Shown here piece by piece: positions 40,634 through 50,878 of a stretch of DNA of 64,000 bases (position 1 is its first letter; the number at the start of each line of letters is the position of its first letter). Origin of the DNA: Calditrichales bacterium (lineage in GTDB: Bacteria > Calditrichota > Calditrichia > Calditrichales > J004); assembly GCA_965267575.1 (NCBI GenBank), contig OZ254086.1, forward strand, positions 4,576,001 to 4,640,000. The letters are read 5' to 3'. The translations under genes were made by a program, and so were the position numbers. The notes under the pieces were generated by a model that worked only from the letters and a program-made list of their open reading frames with translations, was not told the DNA's origin and ran no database searches.

Positions 40634-40673
40634 TATCCCCTGGTTGCCCCGTCTTCCGGGGGATATTTTTTTT
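40634..40673 (+). terminator. Intrinsic terminator
   Basis: TATCCCCTGG...CCGGGGGATA followed by T8, immediately after stop 40628. Confidence 0.75.
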
Positions 40674-40739
40674 AGAAGCCGTTTGGATTATATTTCCTTA
40701 CTCACTCCCATTCATTATCTCTTATACAGGACCAGTATT

Positions 40740-43700
40740 ATGCCCAGTACGATTGCCTCCATAGTTTTTTTTGCCCTTTTCCTCTATTCTACATTGTTGG
40801 CGCAGGACCATATCCGTTTTAACCATTTAACCGTAGATGACGGCCTTTCGCAAAGTGCGGTTACGACGATTTTACAGGACAGTAAAGGGTTTATGTGGTT
40901 TGGCACACAGGATGGGTTAAACCGCTATGATGGTTATGAATTTAAGATTTACAAAAACAGCCCGGGCGATTCTCTATCGCTTAGAGAGAACTTTGTTTTT
41001 TCTATTTTCGAAAACGCTGAAGGCGTGCTTTATATCGAAACGCAGGGTGGAATCTGGCACAGATTTGATGCAAAAAACGAACATTTTAAAGTTATCGATG
41101 GCAAAAACCTGGACTTGGGTGGCATGCGTGGAAACACCGTCCGTGCTGCACTATATGAAGAAAACGGCAACGTGTGGAAAGGCGGACTGGGCCAGCCGGT
41201 GGGATTAACAATTACAAGCCCGCAAAATAAGGAAACAAAAACATTCCGTCATGATCCTGACGACCCGGCCAGCCTAAGCGACGACAAAGTGTACTCGGTT
41301 TTGCGGGATCGTGCCGGTGATTTATGGATTGCCACTTTTGGCGGCCTGGATAAGCTTGATGAAGATAGCGGCAATTTTAGCCATTTCCGTAACGATGCCA
41401 ATGACCCTTTGAGCCTGCCGGATAATTGGGTATGGCCAATATTTGAGGACTCCCGGGGCAATCTCTGGATCGGTACTGTTCGCAGCGGGTTGTGCCGTTT
41501 TGATAAAAGCTCCGGAAGTTTTACGACCTACCAGAATGACCCGGACGATCCTACAAGCATAAACGATAATTTTATTTTCTCAATTTATGAAGATCGCGCC
41601 GGTCTTATATGGGTTGGTACAAATCAAGGCGGTATTAACTACTTTAACCCTTCTGCCCGCGCGTTTGAGCATTATAAGCACGACCCCAAAAACCCAAATA
41701 GCCTCAGTGATAATGATATTATATCTTTGCTGGCTGACAGTAACGGGAACTACTGGGCAGGAACAAGAAACGGCGGTCTTAATAGATTTAACTATACCAA
41801 AAAGAAATTCAGCCATTACAAAAATGACCCACTGAATCCAAACAGCATTTTAAGCAATTCCATCGTTTCTCTTTTTGAAGACCGCACAGGCGTTATCTGG
41901 ATTGGCACGTTCAGCAGCGGGCTTGATGCCTTTAACCCTAAAACCAATACCTTCACCCATTACACACATAATCCCAATGATTCCGCTTCATTAAGTGATA
42001 ACCGGGTGTATGCCATTGCCGAAGGCCGCGGGGAAATTATCTGGATAGGGACGTACGGTGGAGGATTAAATCGGCTGGACAGACGCAATGGAGATATAAC
42101 CCGTTTTACAGCCAGGGAAAACGATGCTGAAGCTCTGAGTTCAAATGCTACCTGGTCTTTGGCCAATGACGGCGACCGTTTATGGGTGGGTACGTTTGGC
42201 GGTGGTTTAAATGTCTTTGATAAAAAGACACAAAAGTTTCGCCATTACAAAAATATCCCGGAAGACTCTACAAGCATAAGCGATGACAATATTATTACTG
42301 TTTTTAAGGACAGCAAAGGAACGATCTGGGCAGGATCAACAAAAGGTTTTAGTAAATATCAGCCTGCTTCTAATAATTTCATAAACTATACGGAAGCCGA
42401 TGGCTTAACAAATAGTTTTGTGTATGGTATCGTAGAAGACAACAACGGACATCTGTGGCTAAGCACAAATAATGGACTATCGCGGTTTGATCCGCAAACA
42501 GAGAGTTTCAAAAACTATTACTACAAAGATGGCCTGCAGAGTAATGAATTCAATCAAAATGCGTTTGCAAAAGACCCGAATACGGCAAATTTATTGTTTG
42601 GTGGAGCAAACGGCTTTAATGTCTTTAACCCGGATAGCCTTAAACCCAACACGTATATACCGCCCATCGCGTTTACCAAGTTTTTACATTATAACACGGA
42701 TGATGAAGAGGGCAAGCCCATATTAGAAAATGGAATCTCGGAGCGCGATAGTATTTTTCTCAGCTACAAAGACAATATTATTTCCCTGGAATTTGCCGCG
42801 CTGAGTTTTCACAACAATTTGGAGAATCGTTATCGCTATAGGCTGGAGGGTTTCAACGAAAACTGGATTCAGTTAGAAAATAATAGGACGGTAACATTTA
42901 CAAATCTTTCGCCGGGCAGCTACGAACTCCGGGTCCTCGGTTCAAACAATGATAATATCTGGAACGAGCAAGGCCGATCATTGAATATCCTGATATCTCC
43001 ACCATGGTGGGAAACGAAGATCGCCTACGCCGCTTATTTCATTATCTTTTTTGGAGCGTTATACGTTATTCGCCGGGTTGAGATCAACCGTCGTGAGCAA
43101 AAGGCGCAGATCCGGGAATCGGCGCTGCGCGTTAAAGCTGCGGAAGCGGAAAAGCGTGTTCTTCAGATCGAGAACGAGCGTAAAACAAAAGAGCTTGAAG
43201 AAGCAAGGGCGTTACAGCTCTCCATGCTACCGAAGGAGTTGCCTGCCCTTCCCCATTTAGAAATAGCTGCTTATATGCGCACCGCTACCGAAGTTGGCGG
43301 AGACTACTACGACTTCATTACAAAAGGTAATGATTTATATGTTGCTTTTGGAGATGCTACCGGCCACGGTTTGCAGGCAGGTACAATGGTAACGCTGATG
43401 AAGGGCTTTTTTACTTCCGATTCCTCAAAGCTTGGTTTAAAGGAATTTATGAGTCATTGTAGCAGTGTCATCAAGGAGATTAAACTGGGCCGTATTCTAA
43501 TGTCCTTTAGCTATTTAAAAATAGAAGGCAAAAAACTGCAACTTACCAGTGCGGGTATGCCACCACTGTTTTATTATAACAGCAATAATGGTGGAATAGA
43601 GGAAATATTAATTCAGGGTATGCCCCTTGGCGCCATGCGCAACGCAAAATACCAGTCCACTGAAATGGAGCTGAAAAGCGGTGATGTTCTGCTGCTGATG

Positions 43701-43895
43701 TCCGACGGGCTGCCGGAGCAAATGAACCATAATGATGAAATGTTTGATTACTCCAGGGTAAAAGATCATTTCAATGCCCAGGTAAAAGAAAAGCCAAATG
43801 AGATCATTCAAAAACTTGTTCAGGCAGGAGATGCCTGGATGAACGGTAGAAGCCAGGATGATGATATAACTTTTGTCATTATTAAAGTTAAGTAG
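40740..43895 (+). CDS. Membrane sensor PP2C/SpoIIE phosphatase (extracellular beta-propeller + Y_Y_Y, TM, coiled coil, PP2C)
   Basis: Start re-called at ATG 40740 (signal peptide); DGLSQS.V..I.QDS.GFMWFGTQDGLNRYDG repeats; EVGGDYYD, GDATGHG, SDGL, QDDDIT. Confidence 0.92.
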   Translation: MPSTIASIVFFALFLYSTLLAQDHIRFNHLTVDDGLSQSAVTTILQDSKGFMWFGTQDGLNRYDGYEFKIYKNSPGDSLSLRENFVFSIFENAEGVLYIETQGGIWHRFDAKNEHFKVIDGKNLDLGGMRGNTVRAALYEENGNVWKGGLGQPVGLTITSPQNKETKTFRHDPDDPASLSDDKVYSVLRDRAGDLWIATFGGLDKLDEDSGNFSHFRNDANDPLSLPDNWVWPIFEDSRGNLWIGTVRSGLCRFDKSSGSFTTYQNDPDDPTSINDNFIFSIYEDRAGLIWVGTNQGGINYFNPSARAFEHYKHDPKNPNSLSDNDIISLLADSNGNYWAGTRNGGLNRFNYTKKKFSHYKNDPLNPNSILSNSIVSLFEDRTGVIWIGTFSSGLDAFNPKTNTFTHYTHNPNDSASLSDNRVYAIAEGRGEIIWIGTYGGGLNRLDRRNGDITRFTARENDAEALSSNATWSLANDGDRLWVGTFGGGLNVFDKKTQKFRHYKNIPEDSTSISDDNIITVFKDSKGTIWAGSTKGFSKYQPASNNFINYTEADGLTNSFVYGIVEDNNGHLWLSTNNGLSRFDPQTESFKNYYYKDGLQSNEFNQNAFAKDPNTANLLFGGANGFNVFNPDSLKPNTYIPPIAFTKFLHYNTDDEEGKPILENGISERDSIFLSYKDNIISLEFAALSFHNNLENRYRYRLEGFNENWIQLENNRTVTFTNLSPGSYELRVLGSNNDNIWNEQGRSLNILISPPWWETKIAYAAYFIIFFGALYVIRRVEINRREQKAQIRESALRVKAAEAEKRVLQIENERKTKELEEARALQLSMLPKELPALPHLEIAAYMRTATEVGGDYYDFITKGNDLYVAFGDATGHGLQAGTMVTLMKGFFTSDSSKLGLKEFMSHCSSVIKEIKLGRILMSFSYLKIEGKKLQLTSAGMPPLFYYNSNNGGIEEILIQGMPLGAMRNAKYQSTEMELKSGDVLLLMSDGLPEQMNHNDEMFDYSRVKDHFNAQVKEKPNEIIQKLVQAGDAWMNGRSQDDDITFVIIKVK

Positions 43896-45495
43896 TGCCG
43901 GCGTTTTTTAAGAATAAGGCCGTAATATCGTCGCTTTGGTCGGTATCTCCCGTAAATTCATCCAGATCATGCAACAATGTATTAATAAACTCTTCTGCAG
44001 TTAATGCATTATTTTTAACAAGGAATTCTTTAATCGGGTGAACGTCGTCATACTCTTCGTCCTGTTCATTCATAGCTTCGGTCACCCCGTCTGTATAAAA
44101 AAGTATGCTATCACCGGTATTTAGAAAAGTGTGCGCACTTTCATAATGCGCAGTCTTCATCATTCCAAGAGGTATGCCGCCTGTTCTTAATTCTTCTATA
44201 GATTTGTTATTGCGGAGCAAATAAGTGGGGTTATGCCCGGCGTTTACTGTGATAAGTTCTCCGGTTTTTGGATCAAGAACAGCAAATACGGCCGTAATAT
44301 ATTTTTCCAGCGTAGCAGCATTGTGTACTACCTCATTGAGTTTATGTACCAATAATTCCAGTTCAAACGGTCCATCCACATAGGCGTGCGCCGAAGCCTG
44401 TAACGTGCTTACCAGCAAACCGGCAGCAACGCCTTTGCCGGAAACATCGGCCATAATAAATACATAACGCCCGTCATCGAGAGCGATGCAATCATAGTAA
44501 TCGCCACCGATAAACTTTGTCGGGATGTTTACAGCGAAATGGTCATAGCCGTCGATTACGGGTAATTTTTCCGGAATTAGCCGTTTTTGAATGGCCCCGG
44601 CAAGAGATATCTCGCTATCTATTCTTTCCTTTTCCAGGGATTGCTCATAGAGGTAGTGATTTTCAAGCGATGCCAGGACCTGTCTGGCAAAAGCATCCAG
44701 CAATAATTGATCGGTTGCGTCAAACTCGACGCGCCCTTTTCTGCTCTCTTTTTCAAAAAGGAAAAAGCTGTACTTCTTATCATTAAATGTAAAAACGGTG
44801 GAGATTTTATAGCTACTTTTTTCCAATTCCCGCGACTTAAAATGATTCGGAAAATATTCTTTATGAATCACCTTAGGTCCTGAATTAATCCTTAGCAGGC
44901 CTTTAGAGGCGTTTGTCAAAGCCAGCACGCGTTCCAGGGCCAGGCGGAGGAGCTGATCACCCTCTTGCAACCTTGACAGTTCGATACCGGTATCAATAAG
45001 GCTGTTAAGCTGTAAAACCCGGTGGTTCAGTTCAAATATTAACTCTTTTTCTTTTTGACGGGAAATATAAAAACGATAGGCATTGTCCAACTGTTGCAGA
45101 TAAATCTGCAGGCATACTGTATCAAACTCACGATAGGATGATTTATCAAGTTTTGAACCCAGACAAATTTGAAACGCACTCTTATCTCTTAAAGGCAGGA
45201 AAATCAACAACTTATTAGTTTCATCATCGATGTGTTTAATTTCCAGATTGTTTTCGGGCGAAGGAATATCATCCAGGGGAATAATAGATTCCGGCGTTTT
45301 GGCGAATATCATTTTCCACGAAGCATTCTCACTGCGCCGGTAGTAAATGGAAGCGTTTACGACAAGCAGATTACCACGAAGCACCTGGAAGAACTTTTTG
45401 GCCAGGTCTTCGAGACTACGGGCCTGGTTTAAAATGGCGGAGCTTTCCTGAAATGCCGCACTTTGCAGAAGAAGGCGGTCAATAATATCTGACAA
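43888..45495 (-). CDS. Cytoplasmic RsbU-like PP2C/SpoIIE phosphatase with N-terminal GAF-like regions
   Basis: IGGDYYD, ADVSGKG, NAGHNP, YTDGVTEA, QSDDIT; TTG start with GGAG RBS. Confidence 0.9.
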   Translation of the reverse strand: MSDIIDRLLLQSAAFQESSAILNQARSLEDLAKKFFQVLRGNLLVVNASIYYRRSENASWKMIFAKTPESIIPLDDIPSPENNLEIKHIDDETNKLLIFLPLRDKSAFQICLGSKLDKSSYREFDTVCLQIYLQQLDNAYRFYISRQKEKELIFELNHRVLQLNSLIDTGIELSRLQEGDQLLRLALERVLALTNASKGLLRINSGPKVIHKEYFPNHFKSRELEKSSYKISTVFTFNDKKYSFFLFEKESRKGRVEFDATDQLLLDAFARQVLASLENHYLYEQSLEKERIDSEISLAGAIQKRLIPEKLPVIDGYDHFAVNIPTKFIGGDYYDCIALDDGRYVFIMADVSGKGVAAGLLVSTLQASAHAYVDGPFELELLVHKLNEVVHNAATLEKYITAVFAVLDPKTGELITVNAGHNPTYLLRNNKSIEELRTGGIPLGMMKTAHYESAHTFLNTGDSILFYTDGVTEAMNEQDEEYDDVHPIKEFLVKNNALTAEEFINTLLHDLDEFTGDTDQSDDITALFLKNAGTT

Positions 45496-45507
45496 TCTGA
45501 CTCCATA

Positions 45508-45858
45508 TCATGCGAATTTTTCAAGTGCTTTTTCTACTGTGGGTTCCTTATCGGCAAAACTAAAAAGCCCCATTATCGAAAGAGTCTTTTCAATTGCCGG
45601 ATCAAGATTTGTGAAAACAAGCTTTCCATCATTTTCACTAAGCTTTTCAATAACCTCGATCAGGAAAGAAATACCAATGGAATTTACAACTTTGCACTTT
45701 TCTAAATCGAGTATCACCTTGATTATCCCGTTTTCAAAATGGGGTGTAAATTCATCGGAAATCTTTTCCCCACCCTCGTTATTGATATAACCACTGGTGT
45801 GCATAACGAGTACATCACCTATCACTTCAGAGGTGAGCTTGAATTCCGCTTCCATCAA
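45508..45858 (-). CDS. STAS-domain anti-sigma-factor antagonist (RsbV/SpoIIAA-like)
   Basis: 116 aa; ILDL...VVNSIGIS (phospho-acceptor Ser), IMGL. Confidence 0.88.
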   Translation of the reverse strand: MMEAEFKLTSEVIGDVLVMHTSGYINNEGGEKISDEFTPHFENGIIKVILDLEKCKVVNSIGISFLIEVIEKLSENDGKLVFTNLDPAIEKTLSIMGLFSFADKEPTVEKALEKFA

Positions 45859-45867
45859 AACTCCTTG

Positions 45868-46284
45868 TTATTGCAGATTCTTTATAATTGTTATCTTTGT
45901 TCCGTTTTCATCGGATTCAATCTGGAAATTGTCCGACATGGATTCCATTAATTTAAGACCCCATCCACGTTTATGTTCGGATCCTATTTTTTTCTTTATG
46001 TCCGGTTTTGCAACTTTTCCGGGCTTAAACCCCTTCCCATAATCACGGACAAAAATATTTAAATTTTGCTGGGTCATTGTAAATTCAAGACGCACAAGCG
46101 GGTTTTTCTGGCCGGAATGTTCAAAGGCATTTATCACTGCTTCCGTTACCAGGATATGGGCTTCATTGATTTTTGCTTCCGGAATGCCCATATGCGCTGC
46201 CATTCGGTCCATCGCTTCAATGGCCACCAGCTCAATGTCTGGTATTTTAGGAAGCGTCATCTTTAGCTTCATATTATCGCTCAT
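45868..46284 (-). CDS. RsbW/SpoIIAB-like anti-sigma Ser/Thr kinase
   Basis: EAVINAFEH, VRDYGKGF, KRGWGLKLM (GHKL N/G1/G2 boxes). Confidence 0.9.
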   Translation of the reverse strand: MSDNMKLKMTLPKIPDIELVAIEAMDRMAAHMGIPEAKINEAHILVTEAVINAFEHSGQKNPLVRLEFTMTQQNLNIFVRDYGKGFKPGKVAKPDIKKKIGSEHKRGWGLKLMESMSDNFQIESDENGTKITIIKNLQ

Positions 46285-46402
46285 ATTTTTCTCTTTCGAT
46301 TAAGGTGTTAATCCGAAAGCGCCATTAAAGCTCAAAACTCGTTAAGTCTATATCAACGCATGGTTTAAAGCAAGTAAATCGGCGTCTTAAGCCCCCGATC
46401 CG

Positions 46403-47281
46403 CTATCTGGCAAAACTGTTTATGGCCAAATTGATTTCGTCCTTTTTCGCTTCAACTGCTTGTTGCCCATTGCCCAATATTTCAGGAATACGTCGTGTAG
46501 AGCGCAGACTAATAAAATTGTCAAATATAACGTTGATGAAAACGATCTCATGGTGGTGCATATCCACCGACAAAGCTACCTGGCTTCGTTGCTGCCAAAA
46601 TTGCGAGTAACCGACGCTGCGCATGAAATATTGTAAAAAGTTCCGGGATTCTTCCTGCGTACGTTCTTCATAGGTCATTGCAATTACTACGTCCATGCCC
46701 TGATTTACAGCCTCCATTACAGGCAGCGGTGAACTGTAAACGCCATCCATTAGCCAGCGCTCTCCGATTTTGACGGGAGGCAGCAAGGGAAAAAGAGCGC
46801 CGGAGGCATAGACAGCGTCACGCAAAAGACCGGCAGAAAGCATAACCGGCTCACCACTTAGAACATCTGTTGTTTGAAACATGGTTTTGATTTCCAAATC
46901 TTCAATAAGCGTATCGCCATACATCTCTTTATAAGCTTTTTTGGCACGCTCCGGCTTTATGAGGCCACGGCTTTTATCAAAGCGTCCAAACGGCAGCCCG
47001 GCAATAGAAAGAAGCGTACGGTAGTCTGTCTTTGAGAGCAGGTCTTTATTGCCCCAATATTTTTTACCGAATTCTTTAAGTTTTTCAGCCTTATTTCCGC
47101 AGGCCCACGAAGCCACTACACTACTGCCACCACTGCAGCCAATAAGCAAATCTACTTCGATATTGGCTTTTTCTAAAAACTCAAATAACGCAATGCTGGC
47201 AAGCGCTTTCATGCCACCACTACCGACAACAACCCCGACCTTTGGGCGCTTCTTTAGATTTGTTTTTGCACTTTGCTGCAT
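46403..47281 (-). CDS. Patatin-like phospholipase
   Basis: GSGGMKA (oxyanion hole), GCSGG (nucleophile), ASGALFPLLPP, DGV (catalytic Asp). Confidence 0.88.
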   Translation of the reverse strand: MQQSAKTNLKKRPKVGVVVGSGGMKALASIALFEFLEKANIEVDLLIGCSGGSSVVASWACGNKAEKLKEFGKKYWGNKDLLSKTDYRTLLSIAGLPFGRFDKSRGLIKPERAKKAYKEMYGDTLIEDLEIKTMFQTTDVLSGEPVMLSAGLLRDAVYASGALFPLLPPVKIGERWLMDGVYSSPLPVMEAVNQGMDVVIAMTYEERTQEESRNFLQYFMRSVGYSQFWQQRSQVALSVDMHHHEIVFINVIFDNFISLRSTRRIPEILGNGQQAVEAKKDEINLAINSFAR

Positions 47282-47319
47282 GCCTTTTTCCTCACTTTAG
47301 TCGGTGAAAAATTTCAGCT

Positions 47320-50010
47320 TCAACGATCGCCTTTGGGGATGGTAATAATAAATTCGGTGTACTCACCGGGATTACTCTCCACCTTTATTTTTCCGTGATG
47401 TTGCTGAACAATAATATCATAGCTGATAGACAAACCAAGACCCGTATTGCCCTCACCCGTTGGCTTTGTTGTAAAAAACGGGCTAAATATTTTTTCCCTG
47501 ATATCTTTGGCAATGCCCGGACCATTATCGTGAATCCTAATCTCGATATCGGGATCTTTATAGCATGTCCTTATGGTTAATTTTGGCTTGTAGCTATCGC
47601 CGGCTTCTTTAATTTTTTGTGCGATAGCATAACAGGCATTATTCAGGATATTAAGCATAACCCGGCCGACATCCTGCTGCATAATAAGCGCAGGCTCCAT
47701 GTTTTCATCATAGGCTTTTTCTATTTCTGTATTAAAGCTGGAATCGAGAGCGCGATAACCGTGATAGGCAAGGTTAATATTTTCATCCATTAATTCGTTT
47801 AGATTTACAAACTCTTTTTCTCCCCTGCTATCCCTGGCGTGGTCCATCATGCTGCGTACAATTCTGTCCGCTCGCCTTCCATTGTCCAAAATATCAATAG
47901 CGTTTTGTTTGAGATCGTTAATCAGTTCATCCAGTTCGTTAAACAGGTCTGAAGGAATATCGTCTTTGTTGTTCTTAATCAACTCAGCCAGGTCTTCTGT
48001 TAAATCAGCTGAGCCTTCAGCAAAATTATTTACAAAATTAAGGGGATTTTTTATCTCATGGGCAACGCCGGCGGTCAGCACTCCCAAAGAAGCCATTTTT
48101 TCCTGGACAATGAGCTGGTCCTGGGTCTTCATTATTTCAGCCGTTACAAATTTCATTTCTTCCAGCAACCTCGCCTTGGCAAAAGCAGAAATGGCATGAC
48201 TCCGGAATCTGCTAAGCATGTGCGCATCGGAATGGTCAAACGCGTCGGGAATCTCGTCATTATCGAATAGCAGAAAACCGGCAAGCTGCCCTTCCAGGCT
48301 TATGGACATTGCCAGCACAGTTTTAGATTGCGTCAGGTTGAAGACATTGGCTGCGTCGTCCTTTTCAGAACTACGAACAATGTAGATGCCCTTTATAACT
48401 TCTTCAGATATTCGGGAAAATGATGCTTTTATATCATCAACCGTCATCTTGCGGTCTTGAAAAATCTGTAAATCATAACCGACCGCTGCAACAAAACGAT
48501 ATAAGTCTGATTGCATATCATAAATAAGCGCTGCGCCTTGCCGGGCCTGGGGGAAAAGCTTCAGGCCATGCTCCAGCAACGCGTTTATAACATTTTTAAA
48601 TTCGACCTCCCGGTTTACCGCTTTAACAATACTATCCAGCGTATTAAGCTCTTTGGCTGATTGTTGTAATTCTTCAGTTTTTTCATTCAACGCAGCGTTT
48701 TTTTCAACCAGCTCGGCGGTCCTTGCCTTAACTTTTTCCTCAAGAATATGCTCAGATTCCTTTAAAGTCTGGACGAGTTTTTGCTCATTTTTCAGCGCTG
48801 CTTGCTGAGCAAAATAACGTTCCCTTCGTTCGCTGTTTATCCTGTCTTGCACAGCGATCGAAAACAAAACCAATAAGGCAGAGGCGCCAAGCTGGATACC
48901 CCAATTCGTAATAAATACGCTAGGCACAACCCCAAATGATTTTAGGGCGAACAGAATCGTGCCCAGAAAATAAAGCCCCCACGCGGCCAGGAAGAACCAT
49001 GCGCTGCGAACACCCAATTTTGCGGATTGCATGGCGCATAGCATAAGTACGATTACCGTAGCAATCCCAAGTGCCGAAGCTACCTGTATGATTATGGAAT
49101 AACTGATGAGTAGGGAAAAAACCATACCCGCCGCGAACAGAACAATCAATAATTTCAGTACTTTGTCCCAGCCAGATATTTGTGTCGGTATTCCCAGCAG
49201 GGACCGTGTAAAAAGAGTGGCCGTTAAAAGAGACCCAAAAATAAAAAAGGGAATATTAACATTGGCCCACCAAATGGAATTTGGCCAAATGAATTGGAAG
49301 GCCAGGCCGTTTAGTGAAAGCTGCGCCAAGCCCCAGGAAAGCAAAAATAAAACAATATAAATATAGCTGCGGTCACCAAAACCTATATAGAGAAAGATAT
49401 TGTAGATTATCATTATGATGACCGCGCCGTAAAAAAGACCCAGCACAATTGTCTCAAGGCTGTTTTCCTCAAAAAAGGCTTCTTTGCTCCAAAATAACAA
49501 TGGGAAATTCATTGAGCTGCTGGTGCGAAAACGCACGTAGTAGACGGACGTATCTGAAGGCATTTCGCTCAGATTAAAAACGAAATTGCGATGATCGATG
49601 TCGCGCGATGAAAAAGGAAGATGGTCACCTGTCTGCTTGTGTAAGTAGCCCCCCTCCTGAAGCGGGAGATAAAAATCAAGAGAATCGATTAATGGATATG
49701 CAACCTCGAAATACCAGTCTATAGGCACCGGTTGCGGGTTTACAACGGACAGTCGTACCCAAAAGACGTCGTTTGTAAAACCAAAGCCCGGCTGCTCCAT
49801 TTCGGATGCGACAAAACCGCCATACCCAGGTTCCGCAACGTCCAGGATAGACAGCTTTCCTCCGGGATCTCTCAAAACTTCAATAGTGCTACCCAGAGAT
49901 TTGCTATCGACTTTATTATCTATTACAAAAACGTCCCCGGCCTGAACCCACAATACCAAAGGAAAAAAGATATAAATAGCGACATTAAAACCACACTTCG
50001 CACAAAACAT
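47320..50010 (-). CDS. 7TMR-DISM sensor histidine kinase with GAF domain
   Basis: DISMED2-like FGFT..VFWVRL / GD.LPF..R; seven TM segments; EKMASLG.LTAGVAHEIKNPLNF; DNGPG; TGLGLSI. Confidence 0.92.
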   Translation of the reverse strand: MFCAKCGFNVAIYIFFPLVLWVQAGDVFVIDNKVDSKSLGSTIEVLRDPGGKLSILDVAEPGYGGFVASEMEQPGFGFTNDVFWVRLSVVNPQPVPIDWYFEVAYPLIDSLDFYLPLQEGGYLHKQTGDHLPFSSRDIDHRNFVFNLSEMPSDTSVYYVRFRTSSSMNFPLLFWSKEAFFEENSLETIVLGLFYGAVIIMIIYNIFLYIGFGDRSYIYIVLFLLSWGLAQLSLNGLAFQFIWPNSIWWANVNIPFFIFGSLLTATLFTRSLLGIPTQISGWDKVLKLLIVLFAAGMVFSLLISYSIIIQVASALGIATVIVLMLCAMQSAKLGVRSAWFFLAAWGLYFLGTILFALKSFGVVPSVFITNWGIQLGASALLVLFSIAVQDRINSERRERYFAQQAALKNEQKLVQTLKESEHILEEKVKARTAELVEKNAALNEKTEELQQSAKELNTLDSIVKAVNREVEFKNVINALLEHGLKLFPQARQGAALIYDMQSDLYRFVAAVGYDLQIFQDRKMTVDDIKASFSRISEEVIKGIYIVRSSEKDDAANVFNLTQSKTVLAMSISLEGQLAGFLLFDNDEIPDAFDHSDAHMLSRFRSHAISAFAKARLLEEMKFVTAEIMKTQDQLIVQEKMASLGVLTAGVAHEIKNPLNFVNNFAEGSADLTEDLAELIKNNKDDIPSDLFNELDELINDLKQNAIDILDNGRRADRIVRSMMDHARDSRGEKEFVNLNELMDENINLAYHGYRALDSSFNTEIEKAYDENMEPALIMQQDVGRVMLNILNNACYAIAQKIKEAGDSYKPKLTIRTCYKDPDIEIRIHDNGPGIAKDIREKIFSPFFTTKPTGEGNTGLGLSISYDIIVQQHHGKIKVESNPGEYTEFIITIPKGDR

Positions 50011-50091
50011 GCTGATCCTTCCTCATTTCGAAATCAAAAAGAGCGTGGTATGAGTTTTTTATAAAGAATATAGTTTTAAGACAGGATGTTT

Positions 50092-50424
50092 TTAAAACTG
50101 TTTCAGCGCTTCTTCATGAGACGGGTGTATCGCGAAAAGCATCGTAAAGCCGGCAACATCAAACACTTCCCGTACTTGATCCTGGAGCGAACATAGCACT
50201 AGCTTTCTGCTGCCGCCCTTAAGCTGCTTACCCGCAGAAAGCAGCACCCGTAGACCGGAGCTGGAAATAAAATTCAACTTCTCGAAATCGATCAAAATTT
50301 GGTGTTCGCCCGTTTCAATTGATTCTTGCAGGTGCTTTTCCAGCGTGGGCGATGTATTCGAATCTAAGCGGCCGGAAAGCTGCAAAATAGTGACATCCCC
50401 TGATTTTGATTTTCTAATTTCCAA
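50092..50424 (-). CDS. STAS-domain anti-sigma-factor antagonist (RsbV-like)
   Basis: GRLDS, FISSSGLRVLL, VFDVAGF. Confidence 0.92.
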   Translation of the reverse strand: MEIRKSKSGDVTILQLSGRLDSNTSPTLEKHLQESIETGEHQILIDFEKLNFISSSGLRVLLSAGKQLKGGSRKLVLCSLQDQVREVFDVAGFTMLFAIHPSHEEALKQF

Positions 50425-50430
50425 TTTTCC

Positions 50431-50862
50431 TCACTTGGTTATGTTCTTGGTTAAACTTAAACGATTTTTTTTATTTGCATAATGATAGTCCATTCCATCC
50501 ATAAATTTTTTCACGAAATGTAGTCCTAAACCGCCGACTGCCCGCTCTTCCAGCGAGCTCTTTGTATCTGCTTCCTCAGATTTCAGGGGATTAAAAGACT
50601 TCCCGTCATCCTCCACTTCTATGTGCAAAGTATCTTTTTCCAAGTTCAATATAATCTGGATTTCATGTGGATCATTGTCAGAATAGCCGTGCCTTATAAT
50701 ATTGTTCAGAATTTCGTCCAGAGCCAGGTCAACATGATTTGCCACTTTGTCTGAAAGTTTGTTTGCTTTGCAAAAAGCAGCAATTTTTTCGACGACTGTT
50801 TCAATTTCGGATAATTTATTCTCAATTGTGATTCTTAAATACTGTTTCACTTTTTCGTTCAC
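50431..50862 (-). CDS. RsbW-like anti-sigma Ser/Thr kinase
   Basis: LDEILNNIIRHGY, DDGKSFNPL, VGGLGLHFV. Confidence 0.92.
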   Translation of the reverse strand: MNEKVKQYLRITIENKLSEIETVVEKIAAFCKANKLSDKVANHVDLALDEILNNIIRHGYSDNDPHEIQIILNLEKDTLHIEVEDDGKSFNPLKSEEADTKSSLEERAVGGLGLHFVKKFMDGMDYHYANKKNRLSLTKNITK

Positions 50863-50878
50863 CTATGCCGCAGTATTC

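Noticed and set aside
46403..47281. CBASS CapV-type defence effector
   Set aside because: No CD-NTase or other defence genes are present; the context is signal transduction.
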